Of a DNA stretch of 64,000 nucleotides, positions 37,025 through 54,829 are shown piece after piece. The stretch comes from the human T2T-CHM13v2.0 reference genome, Homo sapiens. Position numbers and translations under genes: made by a program. Under the pieces are notes generated by a model. It did no database searches, was not told the origin of the DNA, and worked only from the letters and a program-made list of their open reading frames with translations. Location: assembly GCF_009914755.1 (NCBI RefSeq), contig NC_060937.1; one strand, 5' to 3'. Numbering within the stretch: the first letter of the stretch is position 1; each line of letters opens with the position of its first letter.

Positions 37025-37574
37025 TGTTACTGGAAATGGGTCCCGATACAGCCCCGAGAGAAGGTTCTTGGATCTCTCCCAAGAAAGAATTCAGGGTGAG
37101 CCCATAGAGTAAAGTGAAAGCAAGTTTATTAGAAAAGTAAAGGAATAAAAGAATGGCTACTCCATAGACAGAGCAGCCCTGAGGGCTGCAGGTTGCATTT
37201 TTATGATTATTTCTTGATTATATGCTAACAAGGGGTGGATTACTCATGCCTCCCCTTTTTGGGTCATATAGAGTAACTTCCTATTGTTGTCATGGCATTT
37301 GTAAACTGTCATGGCGCTGGTGGGAGTGTAGCAGTGAGGATGACCAGAGGTCACTCCTGTCACCATCTTGGCTTTTGTGGGGTTTGGCCGGCTTCTTTCC
37401 TGCAACCTATTTTATCAGCAAGGTCTTTATAACCTGTATCTTGTGCCGACCTCCTATCTCATCCTGTGACTAAGAATGCCTTAACCTCTTGGGACTTCAG
37501 CCCAGTAAGTCTCAGCCTCATTTTACCCAGGCGCTATTGAAGATGGAGTTGCTCTTGTTCAAACACCTCCGACA
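37025..37574 (-). mobile_element. MER41A solo LTR (ERV1)
   Basis: TG...CA ends, 4-bp TSD AAAT (37021-37024, 37575-37578), 550 bp, MER41 hallmark sequences; lacks the MER41B GAS-containing segment. Confidence 0.85.
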
Positions 37575-38043
37575 AAATGATAGGGTTTGTACTGAAAGCT
37601 CAGCATACAGTTGACAACCATGGGGGCAAATTGGAGCAGTAAAGACAAACTTGATCCTTAAAGCTTCTCAGCCTCTACTTTCCCTTCAATTATCTAAATG
37701 AATCGGGTCACAATAATCTCTTTGGTGGGTGTGTGCATAATGTAGTTAGTTGCTGTTGCATGCAGCTGCACTATAGGAAAGATGGCTCTCTTCAAAATAA
37801 AGCATATTTCGTAGCTCTTGAACTGAATCATCACTACTTACATGCAAAGAAATAAGTGTGCAACACCCAAATCAAACTAGGCCCACTCCCTGCTGCTTTT
37901 TAGGTAGATTGTTCAGTAGAGAGCTTTCCTGAGTCTCAAGACTCCAATGCAAATGATGAAGGCTCTCAGGAGAGCACAGCATGGGGCAAGCGCTGATACA
38001 AGAAGGAAGATCAAGTTGAGCAGATGATCCAGACATTTAATAA

Positions 38044-38406
<363 letters not shown>

Positions 38407-38479
38407 TGAAGAGAAAGAGGAAACAATATGTATTAGGTTTCAAGACCTAATTCTTTCCCATGTTTTAAAATAACATGTC

Positions 38480-39050
38480 TAAGTGATTACAATTTTGCAT
38501 GGTTCCTACCTTAGGCACTTTCTCTAGGAACCTAATGCAGTTAGAAACATTTGGTGAAAAATAATTTACTATCCAGAAAGTTTTCCTGTTTCCAAGATAA
38601 GAAAGCCTGTTCTACCATCCCAGCAGGCAAGGGTTGTTTAAGTTACTAGATAACAAAGTTGTTATTGATTCTAGTATTTTTACTCTTCCTGATTCCCTGC
38701 AGTCCAAAGGGAGTTTGTCAGACCAGGAGTGATTTTTATTAAAAAAAAAAAAAAAAGAGTAGTTGCTATTGTTGTAACTGGCCTCATTGTGACAGATGGG
38801 ATCCTAGTGTTTTCTCGCTGCCCTTTACTCAGGAGCTAGGAGAACAGAAAGCAAATAACCAAGAAACCAACACACTCAGTAATCTGGATTTCTCAGAGTT
38901 GAGCCACAGCACTTGGAAATCAAATATTGGCTCCTCCTGAACGCCCCTTTTAGCCTGGTGTTGTTAACCAGTTTAACATTCCCTTATCACATGCTCATGT
39001 GGGCAGAATTAAATGGAATTAGCTGCAAATTATATAAAATTCATTTACCT
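38480..39050. promoter_or_regulatory. PDX1 distal enhancer Area IV
   Basis: About -8.3 kb, unique sequence between two Alus; AGATAA 38595 and 38648 (GATA), TATTGATT 38663 (ONECUT), AGTCCAAAGGGA 38701 (HNF4 DR1-like), TGACAGATG 38790 (MEIS plus NEUROD E-box), GCAAATA (FOXA), GTTAACCAGTTTAAC (HNF1-like). Confidence 0.75.
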
Positions 39051-39466
39051 TTAAAGGAAGCTATTTGGTCATGTTCAGTGTAGACAGAGCATTGCATTAA
39101 GACACAAGTTAATGGTACTGCCTGGAGATGAATCAATTTGCTTTGGTTTTATTACCTCCCTTTATTTGTTCTTATGTGGTAGCTACTGTGACTGGAAATG
39201 CTCAGCTCAGGTTCACAGAGCCCATGTCAGAGCCACATTAACATCTCAAGGAGAGTCCCACTCTTTCTAAAGAGCTCAGTCCAAGTAAACACAGTAGCAA
39301 AGTAAGATCATGCTGATCCTCCCTTAATACTTAGTCACAAAGAATGGATGCTGAACAAGGTGGCTTATGCCTGTAATCCTAGCACTTTAGGAGGCCTAGG
39401 TGGGAGGATCGCTTGAGGCCAGGAGTTCAAGACCAGCCCGGACAACATAGCAAGACCTTGCCTTTA

Positions 39467-39661
<195 letters not shown>

Positions 39662-39970
39662 TTAAAATGGGTGATGTCTAAGAGAGAAAGGCAAACCTAT
39701 GAGAATGTTGAGGATTGATAAGCATCTTGTCCATATAGGGGTTCAAATAACATCTATTGAACTTCTGCTTTCTGCACTGACTTAGGCATTTTTCTAAGAT
39801 TTCTTCATTTCGACCTCACCACAACCTCATGATGCACAGGTATATTTTTATTTGAAAGTGCATGCTTCATGAGTTCTTTAAGAGAGTATATAAATCTCTA
39901 TATAACAAATAAATTATGCTTGAGGTGTCTATTGTTGTTCTCAATTTATAATGTTGATAAGAATGACTGT

Positions 39971-40302
<332 letters not shown>

Positions 40303-41666
40303 TTAAAATGCAGACTCCCCAGTCTCACTCACCCCCATATCGTTATTCAGAAGGTCTGGGGTTGGGCTCAGATATTTTCATTTTATAAGCATCCCAGTGA
40401 TTCTTGATATACACAGTTCATGAGTCACACTTCCAGGAACACTTCCCTATAAATCCATGTTACTTCATTGATTAGTAAGAGTTTGTATTTTTCTGAGATT
40501 TGCCTGAAGGTAAATGTGTTGCAATATGTAACTGGAGAAAATATAAAAAATAAATGTATCCAAATACTGTGTCTCTGTTCACAACAATACACTCCTAAGA
40601 GATATCTACCACAGGAAGAATTCCTAATTGGCAAATATGATAAAGTTGAGACCACAGTCAGTTAGCCTTTTACTTTAATCTTTGCAAGAGAGGCTGTGGA
40701 CCTAGCCTAGGCTGTCAAAAGAGAAGGCTTCACTTGTGCTGCTCTGAGTTTAGCATTGACTCTCCCATCTTAACCCCATCGATTTCTAATTTTAACGTGG
40801 ATTTGATTTGGGGGGACACACAGAGGAATCACTTTGACGGCAGTGTTCCTGCACCCTCACAAAGACAACCAGGGTTGACCATGACCGTTTTTCTGATGTG
40901 GAAAAAGCAGGAATGGGGCAGGATTCCAGCTCTGCTCTGGCCTAGAGACTAGAATGACTCCTTTCCCTCCCTAGACATTTTAAGGTTTCCTCTGAGTTTA
41001 TGATGACAGCTTCATCTCCAACCCACGAAAGCAAGAACCACAGACAATGCTAGTGGGGGTGCTCTCTGGCCAGAACACACTACTTAGATGCTGGGTTCCA
41101 CACCTACTGGGCTAGCTAAGGCATTTTGAGTTGTGATTAGTTCACCTGCTCAAGTCTTTATTTTGGCTTTCCTGGCTGTGAAAAAGAAGGCCCTGCCCCT
41201 TCTCCACACCTGTGGGGTCTCTCTGTGGTGTGCTGATGGCGGACATGAGAGTTCTCCAGCAATCCACCTCCTCCAGCCCTTTTAAGCAGGACTGTACCTG
41301 GGGGCACATTCCCCTAAAACACTGAGTAATATACCTACTAAGTACTTCCTCCCAGTGTTCCTGAATATACCTTTCCAGGTCTACCCATCTGGAAATATCT
41401 TTAGACATCAGCTCATGGTGATAGTCTGTCATTCTTCTGGATGCAGTAATAGCCAATAGTTCAATGTTTATATGCACATTAAAAGCAATGCTGGGGGAGA
41501 AAGGAAGAGATGACCATTTATTGAATGCTTTCAAAGTGCCAAAAACATTAGATGTTTTGTCTCATTAAATCCTCACAAAAACAATAAAAAATATTTTTTG
41601 AGTGCCTACTATATAGTAAGATAGTACAGTGTCACAGCCAACAGAATGGATTTTAAGGCCACATCA

Positions 41667-42267
<601 letters not shown>

Positions 42268-43577
42268 CCACATCATCTCTGCTTGGATCTAGGCTCTGCC
42301 ACTTACTAGCTATATAATTCTAGGCAAGTAACTTACCATCACTGGGCCTCAATTTCCTCCACTGGAAAATGGGATAACAGTAATTGGCTCATGGGGTTAA
42401 CATTGGAAAATATTTAAACAACGCCTGGCTCCATGCATTTGCCATTACGATTACTATGTGCAACGGGGCCAGCTTATGGAACAGTGCTAGTATTTCCATT
42501 TTACAAATAAGGGCAGGGAAGCTTAGTGAAGTCATGTAACTTGGCAAGGGACACACAGCTTGTGCAGGGCAGAGCCTGATGTGGAGGACAGGTGTATGCA
42601 GCTCCTGACCTTTCTATGGCCCGCCAAAGCCAGCGCATATTTCTACCAATGAGTTTTGGTTACTCAAAGAGTGTGCAGGCAGGTGCACAGTGAGAGATCT
42701 ACAGGCATTTGATCAGTATATGTTACCGAAAATCTGGGTCCTTCAAAGCATAAACCATGTGAAATGTAGGATGGTTGAGGAAGGAAGCTGGAGGGTAGTG
42801 TGGGTCAAGCCTTCTTTAGGCTGCAGCAGGAACCTGGAGGTAAGGAGAGGCTCCTAGGAGAACAAAGGATTAGTCATAGGAAATGGTGGTGGGAGGAGGA
42901 GGTGGAAGGCAAAGAAAAGGAACTGTGTGGAAGCAAGGAGCTGGTTACCTAGGACTAAGCTCAGAAGGGAAGCAGCAGGGATTTCTGGAGACTGCACATC
43001 TGGAAGGTAGAACCAGAGATGAGACAACCAAAGGGGTGAGTCCAGAGCTGTAGGGGGTGAGCCACCGGGAACACCAGGAGTGGGGAGCAACAGCTGACCT
43101 CAGATCCTTTGGAGCCTGAAAGTCCTTTCATACTTTTCCTTTCATCAGCAGAGTGAACTGAGGACCACGGAAGGATTAAACCAAAAGTGGAAAGAGCTCA
43201 TGTCTGGGGGCCCCACTCCCAGGGAGGAAGCGTTGAGCAGTGGCTGGAGGAAGCAGCAGACAGTTCTGGGGCACACGGAGTCCCCCCTCCTGCCCTTCTA
43301 CTCCTCTTACACCAGAGAGAGCTAACAAGGTAGGGAATAAGACAATTACCCAATTCAATTCGGTTTTTAAGCTGCTTTTATCTTTACAGTTCAGGGATCA
43401 CTGAATCATCTGGAAAATAATTTCAGCTCTCTGCTTATTTTCACTAGATTGCTTAGCCCTAGGAATATTGGAAAACCCTTCATTCAAAGTCTGAGGTCCT
43501 TTCCTCTCTCCAATCCCCACAACCCAAGCTGGGTTTCCCTGGCCCCTCTCAGACCTGGATACCAAATTCTGGGTATT

Positions 43578-43895
<318 letters not shown>

Positions 43896-44277
43896 AATTC
43901 TGGGTATTCATAAACCAGCAGGAGGGAAACATTGATTCGACTTAGGAAAATGAAAACCTGCCTGCATTAGTGCTCATTGAAGGAAATGCTAATGAACTAA
44001 AGTGCAATCAATTATAGAAGTATTCTCATTCCACACATCACATCGTTTGCTTTACAGAATTTTCCAACTCAAGAAATAATTTTTATTTTCAACAGAGATT
44101 TAATTATAAAATGAATATAAATTCCACGTGCATTCATGATGTATACCTTGGAGTTAAGTGGGATTCATCTGTTTTTTTCATTTATAATGGGATGCAGTGG
44201 CTTAAAAATCCTATCACCAAGCCAAATTCAGCCCTTAGCATGCCTCTGAAACCACCGAGGAAGACTTAGCCACTTAC

Positions 44278-44430
44278 CAAGAACAAGGTAACCTGTGTTC
44301 TCCCGGGTGTAAACCGCGTCTCTGTGAAGGGAAAGGGGGAAGAGGGCCGGCAAGGACCTCCAGTATCAGCGAGGACCATCAGGACGTCCTGCTAATAAAC
44401 GACTTTTTCACTGTCCACACTTTAATTGGT
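44278..44430 (-). ncRNA. PLUT: Probable first exon of lncRNA PLUT (PLUTO/PDX1-AS1), transcribed divergently from Area I; the transcript continues leftward
   Basis: PLUT is known to start ~3 kb upstream of PDX1 on the opposite strand; consensus minus-strand donor TTG|GTAAGT at 44278/44277-44272. TSS is approximate. Confidence 0.65.
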
Positions 44431-44500
44431 TTACAGCCTTTTTTGTTTATTTATCCATAAGAGCTGCTGTTAAATGGCTCGGGAAGGTGCTCGCCTAATG
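44340..44500. promoter_or_regulatory. PDX1 enhancer Area I (PH1)
   Basis: About -2.7 kb from the TSS; gctaataaac (HNF1/homeobox-like), TTTAATTGG (PDX1-type TAAT, 44421), TGTTTATTTAT (FOXA, ~44444). Position and motif set match the described Area I. Confidence 0.8.
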
Positions 44501-44919
44501 GCTCGGTATCGCTGCCGGGCCTGTTGTGGGCGAGGCGGCTTGGAGGGGGCGCAGGCGTCAGCGGGGATTCAGAGCGGAAACGCATTTCGCCTGTAATGGA
44601 CTCGGCGATTTTACGATACCAGGAGCTAGATCCACGGGGAAGTACAACACACGACCTTACTAAGCGGAGGGTTCCGCTTGATGCGTTTTTTATACGGCTG
44701 TACGTGATAAAATTCCAGATAACTTTGTTTCATCTAATAATAATAATAACAATAATAAATGGTTGTTTGACCTTTGCTCCCTGGGTCCCTTCTATAGGTC
44801 GCAGGCAGCAGAAAATGCTAATTGTGAAAGTGAGAACGCGCCTCCATGGAATACCCCCGGCGATCCCCTCCTCCTCCCCCACAGCCGCGGGTACCCGGGT
44901 TTTTGCCGGCGACCGCAAC

Positions 44920-45062
44920 CGGCGGATTTGCTTTCTGCTGAGAGCCTCTTTTCTTTCTGCAGGGCCGAGCAAAAATATTAAATGGAAGCAAATGAAGCAT
45001 CGAAATGGAGACCAATTTACAGAAATGTGCAATTAGTTGAGAAGTGCAAAGTAAACACTCCG
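44920..45062. promoter_or_regulatory. PDX1 enhancer Area II (PH2)
   Basis: About -2.1 kb; TGCTGA MAF half-site (44936), gcaaaaatattaaat, caattagttgagaagtg, FOXA site AAGTAAACA (45049-45057). Confidence 0.75.
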
Positions 45063-45209
45063 GGGGTGGCAGGCGAGGCAGGGAGCAGGGGAGGGAGAGT
45101 GGGGCGCAGACTGAGTCCAGAGTGGGTGTAGGGGTGCCCAGGGAGGAGGGGAAGGGGGAGGAAAAGGAGGGGGAGGGGAAAAGTGGCCGATCTTTGTCCT
45201 GAGCGGAGC

Positions 45210-45500
45210 TTGCCGTCCGCTCATAACCGCGTCGCCAAGTCAACCCTCGGCGACTCGGCAGATTATCTCCAAGGGTCAACACGCCGCGGCCAGGCAACCC
45301 CCTCCAGCCTGCCCTCCTGATCGATGTGGTCACTCGCGGCCAGGGTGATAGGGTAGAGTTCTCCGCGGCCGCAGACAATGGACTCATTGACGCGGGCGCA
45401 CAGAGATTAGGTGCCCGGGCCCCACGGCCTTTCACTCTCTGCCCCCACCAAAACTGCAGGTGGCACTTTTCCCTGAAGAAATCACCGAAACTCTCCCCGC
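45210..45500. promoter_or_regulatory. PDX1 enhancer Area III (PH3) with PTF1 composite site
   Basis: About -1.8 kb; GATA (agattatct, gtgatag), SOX-like ACAATG...CATTG, and E-box CAGGTG 45457-45462 followed by TC-box TTTCCC 45468-45473 (PTF1A-RBPJ composite). Confidence 0.8.
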
Positions 45501-46949
45501 CCGCCGCCGTGCTTCCCTTGGCCTGTCTTCGGTGACAGCAAGGGCATCTACAAGCCAGGGAGCCACACATCAGAGCCACACACATGAGGCCACAGGCCAG
45601 GAAGCCACACACATGAGTTCTCACACATCGAAGCAAATGCTGAGACTATACCGGCCTCCCGCAAGAGAAGGAATCTGCAGAGAAGTCCACATTCCCGACT
45701 GGCTTTTTTGTCTTTTAATAAAAATAAAGAGTCCTCAGAATAGAGCACTCAATCCGCACTTAAAACACAAATATTTCCAGTAGGAAGAAAGAAATACATT
45801 AAGATTGACTCTCAAAGGTCTGGATGTTGGTGCGTTGTTTAGGAAAGGCGGAGCAGTGATTTTTCTCTGGCTTGGTTCTTTGTGGTTCAAGCTCTCTCTT
45901 GCTGAGACGTTTCTGCAAAGCTGTCTAGTTTTTCTAAAACCCACGGTGGCGTTTCGAGAAACGTCCTCATTTCGGGAGTATCCAGTCAGAGGCTGGTCAG
46001 GCCGCCAGGCCTAGCGGATCATGCCCAGGCAGGGGGTTGGACGTCACCGCCACCCGGAGGTCATCCATCCGCGTCAGTGGGTGCAGAAAAAGTGGCCCTG
46101 TTTAAGTCAGGACCCCAGAATGCCCAGAAGTTACTGAATGGTTTGAAGCCAAGCACAGATGTTATCATGGAAAATGCAGCGTTTTTATTTCTTTTTCTAA
46201 ATATGTAACTCTTCCTCCACTTCCCCCTCTCCTGCTTGCCTTATTTCAATTGCAAGCAGAAGAGAGTGAGTGTTCTCTGCCGGCAAACTCCGCCAGGGTC
46301 CCGGCCCGTAGAGAGTCGTCAAGGGTCTGGAACCCCCGTGCCAACACCTGCCCCTGCTTCGCAGCCCCAAGAGGAAGGCCGCGTCTTTCCCCCTCGCTGT
46401 ATTGGGAAGCTACGTTCCGGGCTGGCCAAATGGGCCCCAATTTTCCAAAACCCAAATTTGTAATACCCTTCAATTTTTTAAAAAAAAAGAATTTAAAAAA
46501 GTCTCTGTGAATGCTTCAGAAGTTACCGTTTACACCCCAGAAGTACTTGCAGCACATCCACAAGTAAAAACACACAACGAATGCCAGAGTTTCGTGTGTT
46601 TTTTAACCGACATCTTTGTGGCTGTGAACAAACTTCATAAATAAAATAGAATCAAATGCTTCTGACCTAGAGAGCTGGGTCTGCAAACTTTTTTTTTATC
46701 GTATTCCGCAACAGTTAAATAAAAAATTAAAAACTCAACATGTCTCCTTGTAAACTACATCAATTAACAAACACACTATGTCCATTATCAAATATAATAG
46801 AAAAAATATAGGAAAATAGAAAATAGAAAAATATAGGAAAATAGAAACTTTTAAGCCACGGTGAAAATGTTTCTATAAATGAGTGGTTCTAATGTTTTCG
46901 TGAGCGCCCATTTTGGGGAGCACCGCCAGCTGCCCGTTCAGGAGTGTGC

Positions 46950-51830
<4,881 letters not shown>

Positions 51831-53445
51831 GAGGCAGGAGCTGCTCCTGGCTGAGGGGCTTCAACCACTCGCCGAGGAGGAGCAGAGGGCCTAGGAGGAC
51901 CCCGGGCGTGGACCACCCGCCCTGGCAGTTGAATGGGGCGGCAATTGCGGGGCCCACCTTAGACCGAAGGGGAAAACCCGCTCTCTCAGGCGCATGTGCC
52001 AGTTGGGGCCCCGCGGGTAGATGCCGGCAGGCCTTCCGGAAGAAAAAGAGCCATTGGTTTTTGTAGTATTGGGGCCCTCTTTTAGTGATACTGGATTGGC
52101 GTTGTTTGTGGCTGTTGCGCACATCCCTGCCCTCCTACAGCACTCCACCTTGGGACCTGTTTAGAGAAGCCGGCTCTTCAAAGACAATGGAAACTGTACC
52201 ATACACATTGGAAGGCTCCCTAACACACACAGCGGGGAAGCTGGGCCGAGTACCTTAATCTGCCATAAAGCCATTCTTACTCGGGCGACCCCTTTAAGTT
52301 TAGAAATAATTGAAAGGAAATGTTTGAGTTTTCAAAGATCCCGTGAAATTGATGCCAGTGGAATACAGTGAGTCCTCCTCTTCCTCCTCCTCCTCTTCCC
52401 CCTCCCCTTCCTCCTCCTCCTCTTCTTTTCCCTCCTCTTCCTCTTCCTCCTGCTCTCCTTTCCTCCCCCTCCTCTTTTCCCTCCTCTTCCTCTTCCTCCT
52501 GCTCTCCTTTCCTCCCCCTCCTCTTTCTCCTCCTCCTCCTCTTCTTCCCCCTCCTCTCCCTCCTCCTCTTCTTCCCCCTCCTCTCCCTCCTCCTCTTCTT
52601 CTCCCTCCTCTTCCTCTTCCTCCTCTTCCACGTGCTCTCCTTTCCTCCCCCTCCTCTTGCTCCCCTTCTTCCCCGTCCTCTTCCTCCTCCTCCTCTTCTT
52701 CTCCCTCCTCTTCCTCCTCCTCTTTCTTCCTGACCTCTTTCTTTCTCCTCCTCCTCCTTCTACCTCCCCTTCTCATCCCTCCTCTTCCTCTTCTCTAGCT
52801 GCACACTTCACTACTGCACATCTTATAACTTGCACCCCTTTCTTCTGAGGAAGAGAACATCTTGCAAGGCAGGGCGAGCAGCGGCAGGGCTGGCTTAGGA
52901 GCAGTGCAAGAGTCCCTGTGCTCCAGTTCCACACTGCTGGCAGGGAAGGCAAGGGGGGACGGGCCTGGATCTGGGGGTGAGGGAGAAAGATGGACCCCTG
53001 GGTGACCACTAAACCAAAGATATTCGGAACTTTCTATTTAGGATGTGGACGTAATTCCTGTTCCGAGGTAGAGGCTGTGCTGAAGACAAGCACAGTGGCC
53101 TGGTGCGCCTTGGAAACCAACAACTATTCACGAGCCAGTATGACCTTCACATCTTTAGAAATTATGAAAACATATGTGATTGGAGGGTTTGGAAAACCAG
53201 TTATCTTATTTAACATTTTAAAAATTACCTAACAGTTATTTACAAACAGGTCTGTGCATCCCAGGTCTGTCTTCTTTTCAAGGTCTGGGCCTTGTGCTCG
53301 GGTTATGTTTGTGGGAAATGCTTAATAAATACTGATAATATGGGAAGAGATGAAAACTGATTCTCCTCACTTTGTTTCAAACCTTTCTGGCAGTGGGATG
53401 ATTCGAATTCACTTTTAAAATTAAATTAGCGTGTTTTGTTTTGTT
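51831..53445 (+). other. PDX1: PDX1 3'UTR (3' end approximate)
   Basis: Runs from the stop codon to poly(A) signals AATAAA 53324-53329 and ATTAAA 53420-53425, the latter followed by a GT/T-rich tract. Confidence 0.75.
52372..52795. repeat. CCT/CTT polypyrimidine low-complexity tract in the PDX1 3'UTR
   Basis: ~420 nt of almost only C/T with internal tandem duplications. Confidence 0.95.
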
Positions 53446-53463
53446 TTGTTTTTGTTTTTGTTT
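53324..53463 (+). terminator. PDX1 cleavage/polyadenylation region (AATAAA 53324, ATTAAA 53420, GU/U-rich downstream element)
   Basis: Both hexamers and (GTTTT)n at 53433-53463 read directly. Confidence 0.7.
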
Positions 53464-53625
53464 GAGAGGGTCTCATTCTGTCGTTCCCGGGTTCCTCTTT
53501 TTTTCAGGGATTCTCCTACCTCAGCCTCCTGAGTAGCTGGGATTACAGGCTTACACCACCACGCCCGGCTAATTTTTGTATTTTTAGTAGAGACAGGGTT
53601 TCGCCATGATGGCCAGGCTGATCAG
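53433..53625 (-). mobile_element. Truncated and internally deleted antisense Alu abutting the PDX1 3' end
   Basis: (GTTTT)n tail, then gagagggtctcattctgtcg...gattctcctacctcagcctcctgagtagctgggattacagg. Confidence 0.85.
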
Positions 53626-54829
53626 GGTCTATTTTTTTCGGTACTAATCAGGAAAAATCAGGTAATTAAGAAATAGTGCACTTGAGTTTTGAGTTGGAGC
53701 ACCCTGTGAGGGGATGAATATCCAGTTTTGTTTTATTTTTAATTTAAGAATATCTTCTCATGATGACTTTCTCGGGTAATATAGTCTAGAGCGTGGGAGA
53801 CAGCTCGGAGTACTGCTGGCCAATACTGCTTCCTGGCAGAGCCAAGCGCCGCCCACCTGACGCCTCAGTGCTGCGGGTGGTGAGACCCGTCGCTGGCTCC
53901 CACCATGGTCAGGTCTCCTCTTTCCTCCCAAAGCTGAGGACGCAGGCGAGGCCGTTTTCTGTGACCCTTCCAAAAGAAGCGTTGTTTTGGATGAGTCTCT
54001 GTCCCCGGAGGCCGAGGGCCAAAAGTGTCTTATGTTAGAGGCAAAGATGCCCGGATTTAGAGGGCTTCCAACCCCTAGGACCACTTTGCTCTTCCCTGCA
54101 GGAAGCTCTCAGATGGGCGCCTTAGCCCAGTGGTGCACCCGACGGCCCTCCCCGGCGCTCCCTGTGTTCAGTACCAGTACCTCACTCCCAGGCGTCGCTG
54201 CTTTTCTTTTACTTTTTGCAAAGATAGACGCTGTTTGTTGTTGCCGTTTTGTTTTGTTTTGTTTTACTGGAGAGAGATATCGAGTCCCTCGGGATAAAAT
54301 TAAGTCCCTTGGATCAGAAAGGGGAACTTGCGCATCCTTGAGAGTGCTCTTTCCTTGCGGTTCTCCACACCCGCCTGGGCTCTGGGGTGGGGCAAATCTG
54401 CGCTCGCATCCTTGGTCCCTCAAATATTGGCCCAGCCCGAAGTCCTGATAAAATGATTCGAACTCTCAGTGACTCAGTTTCTTCATCCAGAAAGTGGAGG
54501 CAAATACTACTTCATGGAGTTGCTGTGAGGTTTAAACCAAGAAATACCTGTAAAATGCTAATTCGGCATCTAGGAATCCCTCCACAAACAGTAGCTATTG
54601 TTTTAGGCTGTCATCGTCGTCGTCGTCAGAGGCAATCGGGAGCTGCTGTTGTGGAGTTTCTAAAGTCCCCCACCAGTCCCCCGGCAGCCCCTCCCCTCTG
54701 GCAAACCCCCACACTGTCGCTGTTGATATGAGTTTTATTCCTCTACCCACTCATCTTTCCCGAACACTGCCTAGTTTCAGGATGCCCTTCCTCATAAATA
54801 AACTCCCTAGGTTTTCCACAGCAAACTTC

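Larger units (their letters stand above)
44300..46430. promoter_or_regulatory. CpG-rich island(s) over Areas I-III and the PLUT start
   Basis: Dense CpG and high GC by inspection, with AT-rich gaps. Confidence 0.75.

Noticed and set aside
44818-45636. 272-aa minus-strand ORF over Areas II-III
   Set aside because: GC-rich, stop-poor CpG-island sequence; no recognisable domain; overlaps known enhancers.
52300-52798. Poly-Glu/Arg/Gly and poly-Ser/Pro ORFs on both strands
   Set aside because: Translation artefacts of the CCT low-complexity 3'UTR tract.
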